Positions 1 through 10,212 of a stretch of DNA of 64,000 bases are shown in pieces (within the stretch, counting starts at the first letter, position 1; the number at the start of each line of letters is the position of its first letter). A model generated the notes under the pieces. It did no database searches. It was not told the DNA's origin and saw nothing but the letters and a program-made list of their open reading frames with translations. The position numbers and the translations under genes are program-made. This stretch comes from an uncultured Clostridium sp. (lineage in GTDB: Bacteria > Bacillota > Clostridia > Oscillospirales > CAG-272): assembly GCA_964526505.1 (NCBI GenBank), contig CAZGJC010000001.1, positions 16,105 through 80,104 of the forward strand, given 5' to 3'.

Positions 1-1
1 T

Positions 2-283
2 ATGGGTGCTTCAATTGCAACGTTTATAAGTTATTTTGTCGTGTTTATAATAAGAGCGGTTACGATGCGACGGTTTATACCGTTCAAGTTATATCCTTTA
101 CGTTTGACGCTGAATACATTTATGCTTTCCATGGCAGTGATTGTTACCTCACTTTGGGGTACAAACGTTTACGGCATTCTTATATCGATTGCAATTCTGA
201 TGGTATGCTTGGTTTACAACGGTAATGATATAATTAAAAGTTGCAAAACCGTGATTTTATCATTAAAAAAGAGAAAGGCATAA
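2..283 (+). CDS. C-terminal fragment of a polytopic membrane protein, possibly a MOP/MATE-type polysaccharide or lipid-II flippase; 5' end lies outside the window
   Basis: The ORF runs from the window edge. The translation is hydrophobic helices (FISYFVVFIIRAV, LSMAVIVTSLWG, GILISIAILMVCLVY) ending in a basic tail. Family assignment is by general resemblance only. Confidence 0.4.
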   Translation: MGASIATFISYFVVFIIRAVTMRRFIPFKLYPLRLTLNTFMLSMAVIVTSLWGTNVYGILISIAILMVCLVYNGNDIIKSCKTVILSLKKRKA

Positions 284-321
284 ATATTTACAAAATATTC
301 AAAAAAATATTGTGTCACGCC

Positions 322-350
322 TTGACAAAAAATATTATTTGTGGTACAAT
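322..350 (+). promoter_or_regulatory. sigma-A-type promoter for rplS
   Basis: TTGACA (322-327), 17-nt spacer, TACAAT (345-350), preceded by TGG (extended -10). About 75 nt upstream of the rplS ATG. Confidence 0.6.
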
Positions 351-427
351 ATACGGGTGTGAAAAACGCAAATAGGGTGGTCCGCTGCAATGCTCGCATG
401 AACATCCGTAATATTAAGGAGGGCTTT

Positions 428-781
428 ATGGATCTTATTAAGGCTTTTACAAACGAGCAACTCAAAGAGGAAGTACCCCAGTTTAACATTGGTGATACCG
501 TTCGTGTTCACAACAAAATAGTTGAGGGTACAAGAGAAAGAATTCAGATGTATGAAGGTACTGTTATCGCAAAGCACGAAGGCGGTATTTCTTCGACTTT
601 CACAGTTAGACGTATCACATTCGGATGCGGTGTTGAAAAGACATTCCCCATTCATTCTCCTAACGTAGTTAAAGTAGACGTTATCCGCAAGGGTAAGGTT
701 AGACGTGCTAAACTCTACTACCTCCGTGGAAGAGTTGGTAAGGCGTCCAAGGTTAAGGAAGATATTTCTGCAAAGAACTGA
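428..781 (+). CDS. rplS: 50S ribosomal protein L19
   Basis: Translation [53 protein letters not shown] is a typical L19. AGGAGGG lies 6 nt upstream of the ATG at 428. The upstream part of the 341 ORF is non-homologous. Confidence 0.95.
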   Translation: MDLIKAFTNEQLKEEVPQFNIGDTVRVHNKIVEGTRERIQMYEGTVIAKHEGGISSTFTVRRITFGCGVEKTFPIHSPNVVKVDVIRKGKVRRAKLYYLRGRVGKASKVKEDISAKN

Positions 782-797
782 TTTCTTACAAAGAATC

Positions 798-826
798 AAA
801 CCGAGGCTGAAAAGTCTCGGTTTTTT
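798..826 (+). terminator. intrinsic terminator after rplS
   Basis: Hairpin ccgag(801-805)/ctcgg(816-820), extended by A:U pairs and followed by tttttt (821-826). Confidence 0.7.
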
Positions 827-879
827 CAATGAAATTTGTTGAATATAATTTGAAAATTAGTGAATATTTAAAAAATCTA

Positions 880-908
880 TTGACAAAAAGACAATACTGT
901 GATATAAT
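880..908 (+). promoter_or_regulatory. sigma-A-type promoter for the rplU-prp-rpmA operon
   Basis: TTGACA (880-885), 17-nt spacer, TATAAT (903-908) with TGa extended -10. Followed by a leader of about 105 nt before rplU. Confidence 0.65.
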
Positions 909-1020
909 CTTAAATGCCGCTTAAAATTGGCTTTTTTAAGTGCGTAAATTTTTGAAATGAAAATTTCGAGGTTTAGCCGCCATTGTTTAGCGAGACTTAT
1001 ATGAAAGAGAGGTGCTTTTC

Positions 1021-1332
1021 GTGTTTGCAATAATCGAAACCGGCGGAAAGCAGTACAAAGTAACAGAGCAGGACATTATCTTTGTTGAGAAACTTGACTG
1101 TAACGAGGGCGAGGAAATTACGTTTGATAAGGTAATTGCTCTCTCAACAGATGCAGGCTTCAAGGCAGGTACTCCCACAGTTGAAGGTGCTGTTGTTAAA
1201 GGCGTTGTTCAAAAGAACGGCAAGGGCAAGAAGATTTATGTTTTGAAGTACAAGGCTAAGAAGAACGAGAAGAAGAAAATCGGTCACAGACAGCCTTACA
1301 CAAAAATTCAAATCACATCTATTGCAGGTTAA
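1021..1332 (+). CDS. rplU: 50S ribosomal protein L21
   Basis: (V/M)[24 protein letters not shown] is the canonical L21 N-terminus. GTG at 1021 has AGAGAGG upstream. The ORF-track start at 1012 adds 3 non-conserved residues. Confidence 0.92.
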   Translation: MFAIIETGGKQYKVTEQDIIFVEKLDCNEGEEITFDKVIALSTDAGFKAGTPTVEGAVVKGVVQKNGKGKKIYVLKYKAKKNEKKKIGHRQPYTKIQITSIAG

Positions 1333-1345
1333 TTTCTGAAATTTT

Positions 1346-1711
1346 ATGACACGGCTTGTATTTTACAGGAGCGGTGGAAACTTTTACGGATTTGAGGAGC
1401 AAGGACATACGGGATACGGCGAAGAGGGCGGTGACGTTCTTTGTGCGGCACTTTCCGCTATGACAATGCTTATCATCAATACGGTAGAAGTTGCTTATGC
1501 TTCTCGTGTTGATTTTGAAATTGACGAAAAAACCACAAACATACGAGTAAAGTCACGTGCGGCTCTTCCCGAATTTGAGGATGATGAGCTTAAAAGATAC
1601 GCAGTGTCGGGTTTATTTCTCGCATATTACAAGCAAATTGAAGATATGATGGAGGAGTATTACGAATATCTTGACGTGTCTGTCGTTGACCGAGAGTATG
1701 ACGAAGATTAA
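1346..1711 (+). CDS. prp: ribosomal-processing cysteine protease Prp (YsxB family)
   Basis: Lies between rplU and rpmA. The motif GHTGYGEEGGDVLCAALSAMT carries the His/Cys dyad arrangement of Prp. Confidence 0.85.
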   Translation: MTRLVFYRSGGNFYGFEEQGHTGYGEEGGDVLCAALSAMTMLIINTVEVAYASRVDFEIDEKTTNIRVKSRAALPEFEDDELKRYAVSGLFLAYYKQIEDMMEEYYEYLDVSVVDREYDED

Positions 1712-1765
1712 CAAAACAGAACACATCGGCACACAGTGCAGAATAATTAAATGGAGGAAAAGATA

Positions 1766-2044
1766 ATGGTAAAGCTTAGTTTACAATTTTTTGCTCATAA
1801 AAAGGGTGTTGGTTCTACAAAGAACGGTCGTGACAGCGAATCTAAGCGTCTTGGCGTAAAGAGAGCGGACGGTCAGGCAGTACTTGCCGGCAACATTCTC
1901 GTAAGACAGAGAGGAACCGCTATTCATCCCGGTAACAACGTTGGCATCGGAAGCGACGACACACTCTTTGCTCTTATTGACGGAAGAGTTAAGTTTGAGC
2001 ATAAGGCAGGAGGCAAAAAGCAGGTAAGCGTTTACGCTGACTGA
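1766..2044 (+). CDS. rpmA: 50S ribosomal protein L27, with a Prp-cleavable N-terminal extension
   Basis: [39 protein letters not shown] lies upstream of the ATG at 1766. Confidence 0.95.
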   Translation: MVKLSLQFFAHKKGVGSTKNGRDSESKRLGVKRADGQAVLAGNILVRQRGTAIHPGNNVGIGSDDTLFALIDGRVKFEHKAGGKKQVSVYAD

Positions 2045-2062
2045 TTGCCTTTATAGATAAGG

Positions 2063-2090
2063 GTGCAGTTTTTACTGCACTCTTTTCTTT
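2063..2090 (+). terminator. intrinsic terminator or attenuating hairpin after rpmA
   Basis: gtgcagt(2063-2069)/actgcac(2074-2080) with a tttt loop, then tcttttctttc. Confidence 0.55.
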
Positions 2091-2103
2091 CTTTGGAGGT
2101 TGT

Positions 2104-2814
2104 ATGAAAAACAAAATACTATATGAGGACAAGTATTTGATTTTATGTGAAAAGCGAGTTGGTGAAAATTCGCAATTGTCCGACGGTAAAATTACGGAAA
2201 GTTTGCCTGATAAACTTTCAAAATACAGGCAATCCAAAGGGGAAGACTCATATATTGGGATTGTTCACAGGTTAGACGTGACGACCGGCGGTGTAATGCT
2301 TTTTTCAAAAGATAAAACTCTTACCGGAAAGTTATCAGAGGCAGTGTCGCAAAAGGAATACAAAAAAACATACTTGGCTGTTTCATTGTCACGACCCGAG
2401 CCTTACGTCGGCAGAATGGACGATTTGCTTTATCACGATAAACAAAAGAACAAGACTTACGTTGTGGACAGAGAAAGACGCAGTGTAAAACCTGCATCGC
2501 TTTTATACGAAACACTCGAAAGTTGCAAAACGGCAGACGGGAACACGGTAAGTCTTATGCGGATTGAACTTATAACAGGCAGGACTCATCAGGTAAGGGT
2601 TCAGTTTGCAAGCAGAAAAATGCCACTCGTGGGTGACGGGAAATACGGAAGTCGTGACAACAAGTGCGGTGTTGCACTTTGGTCGCACAAGGCGGAGTTT
2701 ATTCATCCGAAAACCGGTAAGACAATCGAAGTTGTCAGTTTTCCGAATATTGACTGTTATCCGTGGAATTTGTTTGATTGTTTGCGTCAGGGTGACAAGT
2801 TTCCAAAAAGTTAA
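2104..2814 (+). CDS. RluA-family pseudouridine synthase (no S4 domain)
   Basis: HRLDVTTGGVMLFSKD (catalytic Asp motif) and GRTHQVRVQFA. GGAGG RBS present. Confidence 0.85.
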   Translation: MKNKILYEDKYLILCEKRVGENSQLSDGKITESLPDKLSKYRQSKGEDSYIGIVHRLDVTTGGVMLFSKDKTLTGKLSEAVSQKEYKKTYLAVSLSRPEPYVGRMDDLLYHDKQKNKTYVVDRERRSVKPASLLYETLESCKTADGNTVSLMRIELITGRTHQVRVQFASRKMPLVGDGKYGSRDNKCGVALWSHKAEFIHPKTGKTIEVVSFPNIDCYPWNLFDCLRQGDKFPKS

Positions 2815-3511
2815 TAATAGAATCGCAGAGGTTAGAAGTGAGAGACTGTTTATATTGAGCGTCTCGGAAAAGGTCAGCCTCTGCGATATTTGATAAAAAT
2901 CCGCATTCCACGAGAATTGACGGGCAATGGGAGTTTGAGAGCAGATATATATCGTCTCCTGCGGATTTTATTTTGCGATTATTGTCGGGTTGAAGTTCTG
3001 ACTGGATATTCGTTTGAACTAAATTTGCGAGAGTTTGCGAATCGGCGTTATTATCGGAATACCACACTTGGAGTCCCGAGTAGCGTGAGTCTGAAAAAGA
3101 GTTCATATGCAGACTTACGAAAATACAGTTATCCGTGTTTTGAATGATTTTGAGTCGTGCTTCCATATCCAGTTTTTTCTTTTTGCCTTTATAGTCTGCA
3201 CTTCGATCGTATAAAAGCGTGTCTGTATCACGTGTTAGAACGACGTTTATATCCTTTGAAGAAAGCAAATCTCGCAACATCATTGCCAATTCGAGATTTA
3301 TATTTTTTTCTATTAGTCCGTTTTTAGATGAAGCACCGCCATCTTCTCCGCCGTGTCCTGCATCAATTATGACGGTGGAGTATTTTGTTTCATTTGCGGA
3401 AGTTTCGATCGATTGTGGCGGTGATATGGTACCGAGAGAAATTCCGAATGCGATCAGGATTGATGTGGCAAGTAAAATTGATATTATATAAATTATAACC
3501 GGGTTTTTCAT
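2735..3511 (-). CDS. N-acetylmuramoyl-L-alanine amidase (Amidase_3, CwlD-like) with an N-terminal membrane anchor
   Basis: VIIDAGHGGEDGGASS..GLIEKNINLELAMMLRDLL..VSLHMNS..PSILVECGFLSN. Start placed at MKNPVII (ATG 3511, AAAGGA RBS). Confidence 0.8.
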   Translation of the reverse strand: MKNPVIIYIISILLATSILIAFGISLGTISPPQSIETSANETKYSTVIIDAGHGGEDGGASSKNGLIEKNINLELAMMLRDLLSSKDINVVLTRDTDTLLYDRSADYKGKKKKLDMEARLKIIQNTDNCIFVSLHMNSFSDSRYSGLQVWYSDNNADSQTLANLVQTNIQSELQPDNNRKIKSAGDDIYLLSNSHCPSILVECGFLSNIAEADLFRDAQYKQSLTSNLCDSIINFLETCHPDANNQTNSTDNSQYSEN

Positions 3512-3621
3512 TTTGCATATCCTTTTTCGTGTTTTTGATAATAATATGCAAAATATCAAAATTTTATGCATATTCAATAAAAATATATGATTTTATATGA
3601 CATTTTATCCCAAACTCTGCA

Positions 3622-3650
3622 TTGACAACTTAATTTCTTTTTGTTATAAT
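3622..3650 (+). promoter_or_regulatory. sigma-A-type promoter for guaB
   Basis: TTGACA (3622-3627), 17 nt, TATAAT (3645-3650). Confidence 0.65.
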
Positions 3651-3688
3651 ATTAGAAAATTTAAAAATTATGAAAGTGAGGAGAGTAA

Positions 3689-5155
<1,467 letters not shown>

Positions 5156-5163
5156 ATGATAAA

Positions 5164-5200
5164 GAAAAAAGCCTCGGCAATTGCCGAGGCTTAAACTTTT
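5164..5200. terminator. bidirectional intrinsic terminator between guaB and rpsR
   Basis: Perfect 20-nt palindrome gcctcggcaa/ttgccgaggc (5171-5190) flanked by an A-run and a T-rich run. Confidence 0.8.
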
Positions 5201-5202
5201 TA

Positions 5203-5451
5203 TTAGTCTGTTACGTAAGGAAGAAGGGCTGCCTGACGTGCACGCTTAATAGCGGTGTTGAGATCACGCTGGTGAACAGCACAAGTTCCCGAAATTCTTC
5301 TGGGGAGAATTTTTCCACGTTCGCTTATGAATTTGCGAAGTTTTGCGGAATCCTTATAGTCGATATAGGATACCTTATCTGCACAGAAGATACAAACCTT
5401 TTTTCTCTTGCGGACAACAGGTCTCGCAGGACGGTTTTCATTCTTATCCAT
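5203..5451 (-). CDS. rpsR: 30S ribosomal protein S18
   Basis: [50 protein letters not shown] present. Confidence 0.95.
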   Translation of the reverse strand: MDKNENRPARPVVRKRKKVCIFCADKVSYIDYKDSAKLRKFISERGKILPRRISGTCAVHQRDLNTAIKRARQAALLPYVTD

Positions 5452-5493
5452 CTTATGAATCCTCCAATTTAAATTTAGGTGACAACGCCCGAC

Positions 5494-5946
5494 TTAGAAC
5501 GGAAGGTCGTCGTCTGTCTTGATTTCCTCAAACTTGGGAGCGATATCCGACGCTGAGGAGAAAGAGGGAGCGGCAGTGAAACTGTCAGCACCGAAAGTTG
5601 ACGGTGATGATTCGGAACGGCTGTCAACAAACATAACTTCGTCGGCAACTATATCCGTTCTGTAATGTTTCGTATTCTGCTGGTCAACCCAAGATCTGTT
5701 CTGAAGTGTTCCCACAATGCAGATTGAAGAACCTTTCTTAAAGTATCTTGATACAAACTCTGCGGTTTGTCTCCAAGCGGTTACGTTAAAAAAGTCTGTT
5801 TCGTTCTGCTGGCTATCCTTATTGTATCTGCGGTTTACCGCAATGGAAAAGGATACGACGGCGATGCCGTTTTGTGTCTGTTTCAGTTCAGGATCGGCGG
5901 TAAGTCTACCACCCAAAATAACCTTGTTGAAATTAAAGTTAGCCAT
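5494..5946 (-). CDS. ssb: single-stranded DNA-binding protein
   Basis: NKVILGGRLTADPELKQTQNGIAVVSFSIAVNRRY, an OB fold, and the acidic tail DDDLPF. Confidence 0.95.
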   Translation of the reverse strand: MANFNFNKVILGGRLTADPELKQTQNGIAVVSFSIAVNRRYNKDSQQNETDFFNVTAWRQTAEFVSRYFKKGSSICIVGTLQNRSWVDQQNTKHYRTDIVADEVMFVDSRSESSPSTFGADSFTAAPSFSSASDIAPKFEEIKTDDDLPF

Positions 5947-5959
5947 TATAGCACCTCAA

Positions 5960-6337
5960 TTATTCAGCGTCTGCTGTCTCAACAACGGTTTCTTCTGCAA
6001 CTTCGATGTTTTCTTCAACAACGGCACTCTTTGCAACAGGCTCGAAATCGAGTTTGATTGTCATAGAACGCATAATTGTTTCATCAATGTTGAACTGACG
6101 TTCAAGTTCTGCAATGAAAGAAGGAGCGGACTTGAACGTAACAACGGTGTAGTAGCCTTCGCTCATATCGTTGATAAGGTATGCAAGACGGCGTTTGCCC
6201 CATGTGTCTACCTCAACGATTTCTCCGTTGGAACCAATCAAACCTGCGAACTTATCAGCAGTTGCTTTTGCAGCCTCCTCGCCGTTTGAAAGATCAACGA
6301 CAAAAAGAGTTTCATAAGAATTGATTACGTTTTCCAT
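5960..6337 (-). CDS. rpsF: 30S ribosomal protein S6
   Basis: YETLFVVD..W.GKRRLAY.I. Sits in rpsF-ssb-rpsR synteny. GGAGG RBS present. Confidence 0.92.
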   Translation of the reverse strand: MENVINSYETLFVVDLSNGEEAAKATADKFAGLIGSNGEIVEVDTWGKRRLAYLINDMSEGYYTVVTFKSAPSFIAELERQFNIDETIMRSMTIKLDFEPVAKSAVVEENIEVAEETVVETADAE

Positions 6338-6424
6338 GTTTTTTACCTCCCTATGGACTTATTTGACCGCACACATATTGTGCGGTAGAGAGTAGGTTCG
6401 CAAAACGAACCATACCAATGATAG

Positions 6425-6453
6425 ATTATATCACAAGTTTATTTTTTTGTCAA
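6425..6453 (-). promoter_or_regulatory. sigma-A-type promoter for rpsF-ssb-rpsR
   Basis: On the minus strand: TTGACA (6453-6448), 17 nt, TATAAT (6430-6425) with a TGa extended -10. Confidence 0.65.
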
Positions 6454-6490
6454 TGGATTTTTGAAAAATATCTAAAAAATTACGTAAATT

Positions 6491-7069
6491 TTATGCTATA
6501 CTTACCAAAAAAATGGATAGAATCATCGAAAAGAGCGGAATTGCGGTACCGATTACAAGTTCGCTTATTTTATGTCGTTTCATTTTGCAAGACGACCAAA
6601 AAACCGGGACGAGCAGTAAAAGTCCGAAAAGAGCAAAAGGCGTATATACGTACGACAGATAAAATACGGGACCTGCAACTCCGCAAGCATGCCCGCTTGA
6701 ACGGATTTTTGCGACCTTATTGAGCAGGAGCATAATTACTCCCGAGAGCAAGTACGTTACGAATATAATTTGAAATTTTTCGGGCATTCCGAGAACGAAC
6801 GCACAAATTGCACCGCCGATGTAGCCTATAACCGACATTATTATCGCAAGCGTGCGTTGACCCTCACGACCTTTATTCTTAAAATGCGGTATAATCGGTT
6901 GAATGGCGTAGGCAAGTGCCGGGAAAATCGTTATAAATAAAATTCCAACCGAGGTATTGAGCCATCCTCCGGTTATTTCGGGAGAGACTATTTGCAGTAT
7001 CAGGAACGTGGCAAGGGCAATTATCGGTGCAACTGTGAGTATGCGTATAAAATATTGAACTTTTTTCAT
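6491..7069 (-). CDS. integral membrane protein, possibly a PAP2-type phosphatase
   Basis: About six predicted TM helices. SSGHACGVAG and KRHKISE loosely resemble the PAP2 C2/C3 motifs (PSGH, SRxxxxxHxxxD). Start at MKKVQ (ATG 7069, GGAG RBS). Confidence 0.45.
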   Translation of the reverse strand: MKKVQYFIRILTVAPIIALATFLILQIVSPEITGGWLNTSVGILFITIFPALAYAIQPIIPHFKNKGREGQRTLAIIMSVIGYIGGAICAFVLGMPEKFQIIFVTYLLSGVIMLLLNKVAKIRSSGHACGVAGPVFYLSYVYTPFALFGLLLLVPVFWSSCKMKRHKISELVIGTAIPLFSMILSIFLVSIA

Positions 7070-7312
7070 TGAAACTCCTATATATTCGTATCCGACATCT
7101 TTAAATGCGGTATTCAAAACCACTTATGCAAATATTATACACCACGAAACGTAATTTTTCAAGTATATTTCTAAAAGTTAAAAAATTGTTTTCAATACAT
7201 ATATTTTTGGCTCGGAACATTGTTTTTAACACTTGAAATTCTTTTGCGTCTTTGATATAATAATATCGGAAGTGTCAGACACTCGAAAAATTAAAGGAGG
7301 CAGAGACGTTTT

Positions 7313-8230
7313 ATGATAATTTGTGTTGGTGAAATTTTGGCGGATATGATCGGAAAAACAAGAGATGAAAACTTTGTTTATGAGCGATTTGCGGGCGGAG
7401 CACCGTTTAACGTTGCCTGCTGTTTGAAAAAACTTAACGTCGAATGCGGATTTTACGGAGTTGTCGGTCACGATACGATTGGAACTTATCTTTGCAACAA
7501 GGCAAATTCTTTAAATTTTGATTATTTGAACATTCGTGTAGATGAAGAGAGAAATACAACCTTGGCATTTGTGGAGGTTGATGCCCACGGTGAGCGTAGT
7601 TTCAGCTTTTACAGAAAGAATACGGCAGATGCTTATTTTGACGAAAATGACATAAATAAGATAGTATCCGAGGCTGACATTATTCACATAGGGTCTCTGG
7701 CAATGTCGGTAAAGTCGGGTAGATCTTTTCTTGATAAATTGATTGAGTGTGCGAAGTCACACGGCAAGAAAATAAGTTTTGACGTAAACTACCGTGATGA
7801 TATTTTTGCGTATGGGGCAGAAGCGATAAGAATTTATAAAGAATATATAGAGAAAGCGGATATTATCAAATTTTCGGACAATGAGTTACCGATGTTTTAC
7901 AGCGGTACGTCTGTGGAAGAGATGCTATGCAAAGCACAAAGCGATACGAAAGTAATTTTACTTACGCTCGGAAAGCGAGGCAGTATGGCTTGTGCCGATG
8001 GAAAAATTTATTATGAACCCACCATTCCGACCGACAAGGTTATAGACACAAACGGTGCGGGAGATTCGTTTATGGCGGGAGCGTTGTCGGGAATATACGA
8101 GGGCAACGAAAATTGGAATCACATATTACGTCGGGCAAACGCATGCGGTTCGCTTGCCGTATCCCAAAGCGGGGCGTTTCCGGAGTGGGGACGAGATGAC
8201 GTTGACGTAAAATTGGCTGAAAGCCGATAA
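7313..8230 (+). CDS. PfkB-family carbohydrate kinase (fructokinase-like)
   Basis: GGAPFNVA and DTNGAGDSFMAGALSG (PfkB signature 2). AGGAGG RBS present. Confidence 0.85.
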   Translation: MIICVGEILADMIGKTRDENFVYERFAGGAPFNVACCLKKLNVECGFYGVVGHDTIGTYLCNKANSLNFDYLNIRVDEERNTTLAFVEVDAHGERSFSFYRKNTADAYFDENDINKIVSEADIIHIGSLAMSVKSGRSFLDKLIECAKSHGKKISFDVNYRDDIFAYGAEAIRIYKEYIEKADIIKFSDNELPMFYSGTSVEEMLCKAQSDTKVILLTLGKRGSMACADGKIYYEPTIPTDKVIDTNGAGDSFMAGALSGIYEGNENWNHILRRANACGSLAVSQSGAFPEWGRDDVDVKLAESR

Positions 8231-8249
8231 ATATCAAACGGAGAAAAAT

Positions 8250-9284
8250 ATGCTGACTTATACTTACACTCACAAGGGGAAATTTGATTTCGTCGAAAAG
8301 GAAAAACCGAAAATACGAGACGATGGAGACGCAGTTGTCAAAGTGACGCTTGCCAGCATTTGTTCGAGTGATTTGCACATCAAGCACGGAAGTGTACCGA
8401 GAGCGGTAGAAGGAACAACCGTGGGACACGAGATGGTTGGAATTGTGGAGGAAGTAGGCAGTGAGGTTAAAAGCATAAAGCCCGGCGACAGGGTGACCGT
8501 AAACGTGGAGACTTTTTGCGGAAAATGCTTTTTTTGCAAGCATGGTTTTGTAAATAACTGCACCGATAAAAATGGCGGTTGGGCATTGGGATGCAGAATT
8601 GATGGGGGACAGGCAGAATATGTCCGTGTTCCGTTTGCTGATACCGGGTTGAATAAAATTCCCGAAAAAGTTACTGACCGTCAGGCATTGTTTGCAGGTG
8701 ATATTCTTGCTACCGGATTTTGGGCAACACGCATTTCGGATATTTCGCAAGACGACACGGTTCTTATAATAGGGGCAGGTCCTACCGGAATATGCACGCT
8801 TTTATGCGTTATGCTGAAAAATCCGAAAAGGGTTATAGTTTGCGAACAAAATGCAGAAAGAATAAAATTTGTAAATGAACATTATCCGAGCGTTTTGACT
8901 GTCACACCCGATCGGTGCGTGGAATTTGTCAGAAAAAACAGTGAGAATGGCGGTGCGGACGTTGTACTTGAAATTGCCGGAGGCGAGGATACTTTTTCAC
9001 TTGCGTGGAAGTCTGCACGTCCAAATGCCTGTGTTACGGTTGTTGCACTGTACGACAAACCGCAAGTATTACCGTTACCTGATATGTACGGAAAGAATTT
9101 GACATTTAAAACAGGCGGTGTTGACGGTTGTGACTGTGAGGAGATACTTACGTTGATAGCTGAGGGAAAGATAGACACGGAGCCTCTTATTACGCATACG
9201 TATCCTTTATCACGCATAAATGAGGCGTATGAACTGTTTGAAAATAAAAAAGACGGCGTAATTAAAGTTGCCGTCGAGTGTTAA
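8250..9284 (+). CDS. zinc-dependent alcohol / polyol dehydrogenase (MDR family)
   Basis: CSSDLH..GHEMVGIVEEVGSEV (catalytic Zn), the CGKCFFCKHGFVNNC structural-Zn loop, and the GAGPTG Rossmann motif. Confidence 0.88.
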   Translation: MLTYTYTHKGKFDFVEKEKPKIRDDGDAVVKVTLASICSSDLHIKHGSVPRAVEGTTVGHEMVGIVEEVGSEVKSIKPGDRVTVNVETFCGKCFFCKHGFVNNCTDKNGGWALGCRIDGGQAEYVRVPFADTGLNKIPEKVTDRQALFAGDILATGFWATRISDISQDDTVLIIGAGPTGICTLLCVMLKNPKRVIVCEQNAERIKFVNEHYPSVLTVTPDRCVEFVRKNSENGGADVVLEIAGGEDTFSLAWKSARPNACVTVVALYDKPQVLPLPDMYGKNLTFKTGGVDGCDCEEILTLIAEGKIDTEPLITHTYPLSRINEAYELFENKKDGVIKVAVEC

Positions 9285-9287
9285 TTA

Positions 9288-9338
9288 AACGACATCTGCA
9301 ATGATTTTTGAGATTATTGCAGATGTCGTTATTTTTTT
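9288..9338. terminator. bidirectional intrinsic terminator
   Basis: 15-bp stem aacgacatctgcaat (9288-9302) / attgcagatgtcgtt (9316-9330), then a T-run (9332-9338). Confidence 0.8.
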
Positions 9339-9344
9339 GTGTTG

Positions 9345-9908
9345 TCAATTATTTATATATTTCCTGCCGTCTGAAAATGCGTTTCCGACACGCTCTCCTA
9401 TCACGTTATATCCGTGAGTTGCGGAATCATATGCGATGGGTTTGAGTTTTGATATATCGATTTTTTCGTTTGTGAGTATGCTGTTCTCCGCACAAACATT
9501 AACTATCTCACCAACAAGGCGACAGGTTTCTTTATCATATGATTTAACTCGGCATTCAAGTGCCAGAGGGAGCTCGCAGATTATCGGTGCATTTACAAAC
9601 TGACTCTTTTGTGTATGAAAACCGCAAACGTCAAGTTTGTTTTCAACTTTATTTCCCGTTGCGATGCCCAAATAGTCACATTCCTTGACATAGTCTGCGG
9701 TTGCCACACTTACGGTAAATGCGTTTGTTGCAATGAGATTTTTTGTGGTTTTGTGATCATCACTGATGCATATTGAAATTTCATCCGACTCGCTTATTCC
9801 GCCCCAAGCGGCGTTCATTGCGTTTGGTGTGCCGTTTTTGTCATAAGTCGCTATGATGAGAACAGGCATTGGATAAAGAATGGCTTTTGAACCGAAATTT
9901 TTTCTCAT
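9345..9908 (-). CDS. flavin reductase-like (FMN-binding split-barrel / flavoredoxin family) protein
   Basis: ILYPMPVLIIATYDKNGTPNAMNAAWGG is typical of the Flavin_Reduct family. Confidence 0.72.
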   Translation of the reverse strand: MRKNFGSKAILYPMPVLIIATYDKNGTPNAMNAAWGGISESDEISICISDDHKTTKNLIATNAFTVSVATADYVKECDYLGIATGNKVENKLDVCGFHTQKSQFVNAPIICELPLALECRVKSYDKETCRLVGEIVNVCAENSILTNEKIDISKLKPIAYDSATHGYNVIGERVGNAFSDGRKYINN

Positions 9909-10021
9909 AGTTAAAATCCTTTCTGATGAAGTTTGTTTTTTCAGTATATCATAACTTGTAAAAAAGTCAAATTAAATTATATTTGGAGAGAGCCGAAAAT
10001 GCGTTTTTATTTTCAAAAAAC

Positions 10022-10050
10022 TTGACATGCGGAAGTTTGTGTGTTAAAAT
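10022..10050 (+). promoter_or_regulatory. sigma-A-type promoter driving the orphan structured RNA
   Basis: TTGACA (10022-10027), 17 nt, TAAAAT (10045-10050) with a TGt extended -10. Confidence 0.6.
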
Positions 10051-10056
10051 GTTTAT

Positions 10057-10212
10057 GCCAAACAATTACATTTGAAAATTACCCTTGGGGAAACCATACC
10101 TTGGTAAAAGGTGTTTCTCTCTTTTTCTGTATACTCTGAGGGTAAGTGGAATTGTTTGGCGACAATGAGAGATACATTTTTTCGGTGCGTCTCTCATCGA
10201 CGCACCTTTTTT
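10057..10212 (+). ncRNA. unclassified structured small RNA or orphan riboswitch-like element, about 155 nt
   Basis: An 11-bp closing helix gccaaacaatt (10057-10067) / aattgtttggc (10150-10160) begins at the predicted transcription start. Inner helix ttaccct (10079-10085) / agggtaa (10139-10145). Two small hairpins lie inside. A terminator follows at 10184-10212. There is no plausible ORF and no same-strand gene downstream. Confidence 0.45.

Noticed and set aside
9999-10025. 8-codon mini-ORF (MRFYFQKT) with a GGAGAG RBS just upstream of the orphan-RNA promoter
   Set aside because: Its stop codon lies inside the -35 box of the RNA promoter, and no promoter upstream of it was found. It is probably fortuitous, and too short to evaluate.
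10057-10160. Tested whether the orphan RNA is a yybP-ykoY Mn2+ riboswitch, given the adjacent MntR-like gene, or a TPP, c-di-AMP or SRP/6S RNA
   Set aside because: The hallmark cores are absent: no GGGGAGUAG / UUGACAUA-type yybP loops, no CUGAGA...ACCUGAU TPP core, no ydaO pseudo-symmetry, and the RNA is too short for 6S. The class remains unassigned rather than matched.
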